A stretch of DNA of 64,000 nucleotides, taken from an uncultured Bacteroidaceae bacterium (GTDB lineage: Bacteria > Bacteroidota > Bacteroidia > Bacteroidales > GCA-2748055). Under the pieces are notes generated by a model, which worked only from the letters and a program-made list of their open reading frames with translations, was not told the DNA's origin and made no database searches. Of this stretch, positions 58,452 to 64,000 are shown piece after piece; within the stretch, counting starts at the first letter, position 1; every line of letters begins with the position of its first letter. The translations under genes were made by a program, and so were the position numbers. The stretch is taken from contig CAYZMH010000005.1 in assembly GCA_964479445.1 (NCBI GenBank), forward strand, positions 7,371-71,370. The letters run 5' to 3'.

Positions 58452-59434
58452 GTAGCCAGTAGGTTACACCCCCGGATGTCTGCATGGTCAAACCGGCCCA
58501 TTACTTCAAACGAGCCGTCTTCATACACCCTGCCCAGGTCGGCGGTGGCAATAAAGGCACATGAATGGATGTTCACCAGGTCGATCACATTGATCCCGCC
58601 GGTTCTGCCCGGCCCCGCAGGTTCCAGTGGATCATGCGGATCGCGGATCGCGATCTTCATCCAGGGTGGAGCGGTAAACCGGTTGTGGCCATGGGAGTAT
58701 GCCTGGGAGAGAAGCTCGGTCATTCCGTATTCCGAGTGAATAACAGGTTTACCCAATGAGCTGCACAGTATTTCATGCAGTTCCTCTCTTACCAGCTCTT
58801 TTCTCCTTCCTTTCATACCGCCTGTTTCCATAAGGATGACTTCGGGCGGCAGTTGCATGGGAGATTGCTCTGCCAGGTCCAGCAGGGCAAAGCTTACCCC
58901 GAATAGCAGGGTAGGATGACGGTCGGCAATCCGCTGTTTCAACATTTTTACCAGTGCATCCAGGTTATCCAGGTAGAAACCGCTGTCGGGATGACCGCTT
59001 TTTTCAATCAGCCGGTGGGTCATATACACCAGCGAAGAGTGCTGTTGTTCCAGGTATGAGGGGAGCAGGGCAAGAATGCAGTATTCTTCAGGGATCCCGT
59101 ATTGATTCCGGAAGGTGGTGAGGAAACTCCGCTCATACAACCCGGGATCCTTTACATAGTGGCGGCTGGTATTCACCCCGGTGGTACCGCTGCTTTCAAA
59201 TACCAGTTCCGGAGTTCCGCCTCCGGTTACCACCTTATGGGATTTAAAGAACCCGATGGGGAGGAAGGGGATCTGCTCAACCGTTGAGACCGATCGGGGA
59301 TCGATACCCAGGTTTCGGACAAAGGAACTGTATACCGGGTTACTTTCCGCCTGAACCCGGAATATGTCCAGGGCAGTCTGCTTAAAATCCTCCCGGTCGG
59401 ACAGGGAGAAGATCCTGTCAGCAATTCCATGCAT
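58448..59434 (-). CDS. LuxE-like acyl-protein synthetase / acyl transferase
   Basis: IPFLPIGFFKSH, FESSGTTG (adenylation P-loop), METGGMKGR, HSEYGMTELLSQAY, GRFDHADIRGCN. The start is MHGIADR at 59434. Confidence 0.85.
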   Translation of the reverse strand: MHGIADRIFSLSDREDFKQTALDIFRVQAESNPVYSSFVRNLGIDPRSVSTVEQIPFLPIGFFKSHKVVTGGGTPELVFESSGTTGVNTSRHYVKDPGLYERSFLTTFRNQYGIPEEYCILALLPSYLEQQHSSLVYMTHRLIEKSGHPDSGFYLDNLDALVKMLKQRIADRHPTLLFGVSFALLDLAEQSPMQLPPEVILMETGGMKGRRKELVREELHEILCSSLGKPVIHSEYGMTELLSQAYSHGHNRFTAPPWMKIAIRDPHDPLEPAGPGRTGGINVIDLVNIHSCAFIATADLGRVYEDGSFEVMGRFDHADIRGCNLLAT

Positions 59435-59445
59435 GGTGCAAAGAT

Positions 59446-59474
59446 AAAGAAAGGGTCCCATTAAGCAGGGACCC
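59446..59474 (-). terminator. Intrinsic terminator after pgk, abutting the -7 box of the LuxE-like gene
   Basis: Minus strand GGGTCCC-TGCTTAAT-GGGACCC-TTTCTTT, then TATCTTTG-CACC-ATG. Confidence 0.7.
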
Positions 59475-59504
59475 CTTCACAGTTCTTATTAACTAAGCGT
59501 TATG

Positions 59505-60722
59505 TTACCCGCGAATGGCTTTGATACCGGGAAGATTTTTGCCCTCGATATACTCCAGCATGGCACCGCCACCCGTGGAGACGTAGCTCACCCTGTCGGC
59601 AAGTCCGAATGTATTCACGGCCGCCACCGAGTCGCCACCGCCCACCAGGCTGTAGGCACCTTCCGAAGTAGCTTCAGCAATTGCTTTGGCTATACTGACG
59701 GTTCCTTCCCGGAAATTGGACATCTCGAACACCCCCATGGGTCCGTTCCAGAGAATGGTACCGGAATTCCTGATCACTTCGCTGAAGTGTTCGATGGTTT
59801 GCTTCCCGATGTCGAGCCCCATATACCCCTCTTTACCGTCGTCAATGGCAGCATTTTCGGTTGCTGCATCGTTGTCAAACTTGTCGGCCAGTACCTGGTC
59901 GACGGGAAGGATCAGGTTGACCCCTTTCTCTTCTGCTTTCTGAACCAGGCCCCTGGCCACATCCAGTTTATCTTCTTCGCACAGGGAGTCCCCGATCTCA
60001 CCGCCACGGGCCCTGATAAAGGTATAGGTCATACCACCCCCGATGATCAGGTTGTTCACTTTATCAAGCAGGTTCTCGATCACCTGGATCTTGTCGGAGA
60101 CTTTGGCGCCACCCATGATGGCGGTAAAAGGCCTGGAGGGTTCATACAACACTTTGTCCATGGCCTTCAGTTCATTGTTGATCAGGAATCCAAACATCTT
60201 CTTCTCTTCGGGGAAGAAATCGGCGATCACGGCTGTTGAAGCGTGAGCCCTGTGTGCAGTACCAAAGGCGTCATTGACATAGACATCGGCATAGGTGGAG
60301 AGTTTTTCGGCGAATTTACGGGTTTCAGCCTGTTGCTCGGGCGTTTTCACCTTATTCTCGGCGCTGTAGAAACGAAGATTTTCCAGTAACAGGACCTCAC
60401 CGGGCTTCAGGGCTGCTGACTTCGTTACCGCCTCTTCCCCGATGCAGTCATCGGCAAACTGAACTTTTTTCCCCAGGTGATCGGATAACACCGGTATCAC
60501 ATGTTTCAGGGAGAATTTCTCCTCCGGTCCCGATTTGGGGCGTCCCAGGTGGGACATGAGTATGGCCGCACCACCGTCATCCAGGATCTTTTTGATGGAA
60601 GGGAGAGCTCCCCTGACACGGTTGTCGTCGGTTACTTCGAAACTGGCATTCAGCGGGACATTGAAATCTACCCGCACAATCACTTTCTTTCCGGCAAAGT
60701 TATAATTGTCAATTGTTTGCAT
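59505..60722 (-). CDS. pgk: Phosphoglycerate kinase
   Basis: [50 protein letters not shown]. Confidence 0.98.
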   Translation of the reverse strand: MQTIDNYNFAGKKVIVRVDFNVPLNASFEVTDDNRVRGALPSIKKILDDGGAAILMSHLGRPKSGPEEKFSLKHVIPVLSDHLGKKVQFADDCIGEEAVTKSAALKPGEVLLLENLRFYSAENKVKTPEQQAETRKFAEKLSTYADVYVNDAFGTAHRAHASTAVIADFFPEEKKMFGFLINNELKAMDKVLYEPSRPFTAIMGGAKVSDKIQVIENLLDKVNNLIIGGGMTYTFIRARGGEIGDSLCEEDKLDVARGLVQKAEEKGVNLILPVDQVLADKFDNDAATENAAIDDGKEGYMGLDIGKQTIEHFSEVIRNSGTILWNGPMGVFEMSNFREGTVSIAKAIAEATSEGAYSLVGGGDSVAAVNTFGLADRVSYVSTGGGAMLEYIEGKNLPGIKAIRG

Positions 60723-61036
60723 ATTCGATGATTTTAAGGTGAAACGTTAAAAATGTTCTTTAGCACCCCAAAGGTATAAAAGAATTTTCATCTGGTTATA
60801 ATTTTATTTTACTCACAACCGTATGATCTGCCCCTGGTTGATGTAATAGGCGGATCAAATTCCCTGTATGAACTGACCGGTCAGGCTATACCCATTTGCA
60901 AGCCTGTATTCAAAGACGTTGCGGGTGACAGAATATGGGTTTCTGATTGGCGTGGAGCGCAATTATTTTTTCATTCACCATGTACATTTTTCGTTACCTT
61001 TGTCAGCATTGACATTCGATAGAGTTCCCTTTACCC

Positions 61037-62170
61037 ATGCTATTCAGTGAAGTATTAGGACATAAAGCATTGAAAGAGCGGTTGATCCGAACCGTTAGTG
61101 AAGAGCGTATCCACCACGCACAGATGTTTGTGGGGCCTCCCGGTTCGGGAAAACTTGCCCTTGCTCTTGCCTATGCCCGCTATATTTCATGTAAGCAACC
61201 TACGGAATCAGATGCCTGCGGAAGTTGTCCCTCCTGCGTGAAATACAGCAAGCTGGCGCATCCCGACCTCCATTTTGTATTCCCGGTGATGACCAATAAA
61301 AGGGTTACGAAAAACCCGGTGAGCGACGACTTTATAGAGACCTGGCGGGAGAAGATCGGGCAAAATCCTTACATATCGGAAAACCAGTGGTACGAAGCTA
61401 TCGGGGCCGAAAACAAGCAAGGCTATATCAGCCGAAGGGAGAGCTCCAGCATCCTGGGTAAGCTCAGCCTTAAATCGTATGAATCGGAATACAAGATCAT
61501 GATCATCTGGCTGCCGGAAAAGATGAACAGATCGTCGGCCAACACGCTCCTGAAAATGATCGAAGAGCCGCCATCCAAAACCCTTTTCCTGATGGTAGCA
61601 GAGAACACGGAGATGATCCTGCCCACCATCCTCAGCCGGGCACAGAAAATCCAGGTACCACCATTGGATGCAGAGAGTGTCCGGGAGGGATTGCTGAACC
61701 TGTTCCCGGAAAACCCGGGCCTGGTTGATGACGTGGTACGCCGTTCCAGCGGAAATTTCTCCACCGCCCTGCAATTGTTGCAGAACGAGGAGATGGACCG
61801 TCTTCATTTTGATCAGTTCACCGATTTTATGCGGAAGTGCTACCAGCGGGAGATCATTGCACTGAGCGACTGGGTGGAATCCATTGCCGGATTGGGGCGG
61901 GAGCGGATCAAATTGTACCTGGAATACGGACTCCGGATGGTTCGTGAGAACTTCATGCTCTATCTGAAACAGCCTCAGATCACCTACCTGACCCGCAAAG
62001 AGGCTGATTTTTCTCAGAAATTTTCTGCCTTTATTCACCCGGGGAATGCATTTGAGATTGCTGCTGAGTTCCAGGAGGCGATCCGGCATATCGAATCAAA
62101 CGGGTATCCCCGGCTCGTTCTTATGGACCTTTCCGTGAAAACAATCCTGTTACTTAAACGTCCTGCCTGA
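61037..62170 (+). CDS. holB: DNA polymerase III subunit delta'
   Basis: HHAQMFVGPPGSGK, CGSCPSC, HPDLHF, ANTLLKMIEEPP, ILPTILSR. Confidence 0.92.
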   Translation: MLFSEVLGHKALKERLIRTVSEERIHHAQMFVGPPGSGKLALALAYARYISCKQPTESDACGSCPSCVKYSKLAHPDLHFVFPVMTNKRVTKNPVSDDFIETWREKIGQNPYISENQWYEAIGAENKQGYISRRESSSILGKLSLKSYESEYKIMIIWLPEKMNRSSANTLLKMIEEPPSKTLFLMVAENTEMILPTILSRAQKIQVPPLDAESVREGLLNLFPENPGLVDDVVRRSSGNFSTALQLLQNEEMDRLHFDQFTDFMRKCYQREIIALSDWVESIAGLGRERIKLYLEYGLRMVRENFMLYLKQPQITYLTRKEADFSQKFSAFIHPGNAFEIAAEFQEAIRHIESNGYPRLVLMDLSVKTILLLKRPA

Positions 62171-62270
62171 AAGGTTGAATGCTGGTTTTATGTTCGTTTT
62201 GTTTTCCCTGCTCCTTTGATTAACTTTGTCAGGCCGGTGATCAGCCGGCACCATATATATATGGCAGACT

Positions 62271-63449
62271 ATGGAAAGCTTAATAGCGAGAGGTTGTTGC
62301 GCCCGAAGAGACCTTACACACGATAACGACAATAAAGACCGGATTAGTTTCTATTTTAATCATTGCGGCAAGCTGGAAGCCTTTAACTGGCTCCGGGAGC
62401 TGAGTGATGGTTTTGATATACCCGACGTGGTCGAGGTCCGGTTTAAAAATACCCGCAAAGATTACTACCGGAATGTGAACGGACTTCGTCTTAAACGGGG
62501 CGACTTTGTGGCCGTTGAGGCTTCACCCGGTCATGATATCGGACAGATCACCCTGGCCGGTGAGATCGTGCATAAGCAGATCGACAAGACCAGGCACACC
62601 ATCCGGCCGGAGGACCTGAAGAAATTGTACCGAAAGGCCAAGCCGGCAGACCTGGACAAGTGGAAAGAGGCCATTGAACTGGAGCATAATACCATGCTCA
62701 AAGCCCGGAAAATTGCGGATGACCTGGAACTGAACATGAAGATCGGGGATGTGGAATACCAGGGGGATAAGACCAAAGCGATCTTCTATTACATTGCCGA
62801 TGAGCGGGTGGATTTCAGGCAGTTAATCAAGGTGCTTGCCGAGGAGTTTCGCATACGGATCGAGATGAGGCAGATAGGAGCCCGCCAGGAGGCAGGGCGC
62901 ATCGGCGGAATCGGTACCTGCGGCCGGGAGTTGTGCTGCGCATCTTTCATCACCAATTTCGTATCGGTGACCACCCAATCGGCACGCGTGCAGGAGGTTT
63001 CCCTCAATCCGCAGAAACTGGCCGGACAGTGCGGAAAACTCAAGTGTTGTCTCAATTATGAATTGCCGGGCTATCTCGATGCGCGAAAGGACTTTCCCGA
63101 TAAAAATATTGTGCTGAAGACTTGCCAGGGCAATGCCCATCATCAGAAAACCGATGTATACCGGGGTGTTATGTGGTACTCCCTGGAGGGAGAAAATTCC
63201 ACCAGTCTTCTCCCGGTAACGGTGGAGCGTGTCATTGAGATCATCCGGTTAAACCGGAACGAGGAGATCCCGGATACCTTGAGCGTGACGCAGGTACTGG
63301 CTCCCGAAGGGAAGCAAAATGATTATCAGAATGTGGTCGGACAGGAGAGCCTGACGCGCTTTGAGGATAAAAACAACCAGGGAAAAGGGAAGAAAAAGAA
63401 GAAAAAGCGGAAAAATTCCAATAACAAGCAACAACGCCGTAAATCATGA
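62271..63449 (+). CDS. ricT: PSP1/RicT (YaaT) family regulatory Fe-S protein
   Basis: VEVRFKNTRK, GDVEYQGD, YYIADERVDFRQL, GGIGTCGRELCC, NPQKLAGQCGKLKCCLNYE. Confidence 0.9.
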   Translation: MESLIARGCCARRDLTHDNDNKDRISFYFNHCGKLEAFNWLRELSDGFDIPDVVEVRFKNTRKDYYRNVNGLRLKRGDFVAVEASPGHDIGQITLAGEIVHKQIDKTRHTIRPEDLKKLYRKAKPADLDKWKEAIELEHNTMLKARKIADDLELNMKIGDVEYQGDKTKAIFYYIADERVDFRQLIKVLAEEFRIRIEMRQIGARQEAGRIGGIGTCGRELCCASFITNFVSVTTQSARVQEVSLNPQKLAGQCGKLKCCLNYELPGYLDARKDFPDKNIVLKTCQGNAHHQKTDVYRGVMWYSLEGENSTSLLPVTVERVIEIIRLNRNEEIPDTLSVTQVLAPEGKQNDYQNVVGQESLTRFEDKNNQGKGKKKKKKRKNSNNKQQRRKS

Positions 63450-63925
63450 TGCGAGCCTCCCCTGTTTTTATTTCCCTGCTTATCATTCTCCTTGCTTCAT
63501 CAGCGTGCGACCGCAGTGCGGTGTATGACCGGTTTGTCACAATCGAGGGAGAGAAATGGGAATGGGACGAGGTTAGAGAGTTTGACTTTGATTTGAACGA
63601 CACCTCCAACCTCTACAATGTACTTATCCAGATACGCCACACCACCGACTACCCGATGCGCAATCTCTACCTGTTCGTGCACCTGGAAGGGCCCTCCGGG
63701 CAAACCCTGACCGATACGATCAATTACATACTGGCCGAACCCGATGGCAGCTGGATCGGTAAAGGGGTCGGGAATCTTCGTGAGCTCCGGTACCTGTACC
63801 GGAAAAACACCCGTTTCCCTGAACCGGGCACCTATACCGTGCGACTGGAACAGGGGATGCGTGTTCCCGGGTTGCCCGTGACGGATGTGGGAATCAGGGT
63901 GGAAACGACACCACAAAACAGGTAA
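63446..63925 (+). CDS. gldH: Gliding motility lipoprotein GldH
   Basis: Lipobox LASSAC, IRHTTDYPMRNLYLF, DTINY.LA.PDGSWIGKG, GIRVE. Confidence 0.9.
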   Translation: MMRASPVFISLLIILLASSACDRSAVYDRFVTIEGEKWEWDEVREFDFDLNDTSNLYNVLIQIRHTTDYPMRNLYLFVHLEGPSGQTLTDTINYILAEPDGSWIGKGVGNLRELRYLYRKNTRFPEPGTYTVRLEQGMRVPGLPVTDVGIRVETTPQNR

Positions 63926-63928
63926 GCC

Positions 63929-64000
63929 GTGGGAAAAAATAAGCTTCAGAAATTCAGGGAGATGCAGTCATTTCACCGGGTTTATCAACCGGATTTTGAG
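63929..64000 (+). CDS. trmB: tRNA (guanine-N7)-methyltransferase TrmB, 5' fragment
   Basis: GTG start giving MGKNKLQKFREMQSFHRVYQP, the typical N-terminus of Bacteroidota TrmB; only 24 codons are visible. Confidence 0.65.
   Translation, partial: MGKNKLQKFREMQSFHRVYQPDFE

Noticed and set aside
62251-62264. Palindrome CCATATATATATGG before ricT
   Set aside because: Mostly an (AT)n microsatellite, which is self-complementary by nature; weak evidence of a binding site.
1-64000. Mobile elements, prophage, defence island or rRNA
   Set aside because: No transposase, integrase, phage structural, restriction-modification, toxin-antitoxin or rRNA signature was recognised. The gene order looks like conserved Bacteroidota core genome.

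Overview
A 64 kb stretch of core chromosome from a Bacteroidota bacterium, most likely Bacteroidales/Marinilabiliales-like. The assignment rests on TAnnTTTG -7 promoter boxes, the porP-gldKLMN type IX secretion operon, gldH and DUF5723/DUF4270-type proteins. The window is densely coding, with about 51 genes. Housekeeping genes include mdh, secDF, tatA, ung, topA, PBP1A, radA, panCD, glmS, metG, pgk, holB and a partial trmB. A wbpE-wbpD-wbpB-dehydrogenase-galE-rfbB cluster encodes nucleotide-sugar synthesis. I found no transposase, integrase, prophage, rRNA, canonical tRNA, cas gene or true CRISPR array. The ORF track misses a >756 aa secreted GH2-like gene that runs off the left edge. The most unusual signals are: (i) a four-way-junction structured RNA candidate at 20483-20595; (ii) a 33-bp repeat pair with a 66-bp period between ung and an uncharacterised three-gene envelope operon; (iii) several enzymes with altered catalytic motifs (GH2 NE->NH, an arginase fold upstream of the T9SS operon, a half glycogen synthase); (iv) an HU-like/TM/SPOR protein; and (v) a Wbp pathway that may supply a T9SS cargo anchor. 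All family calls come from motif recognition by eye, not from database searches.
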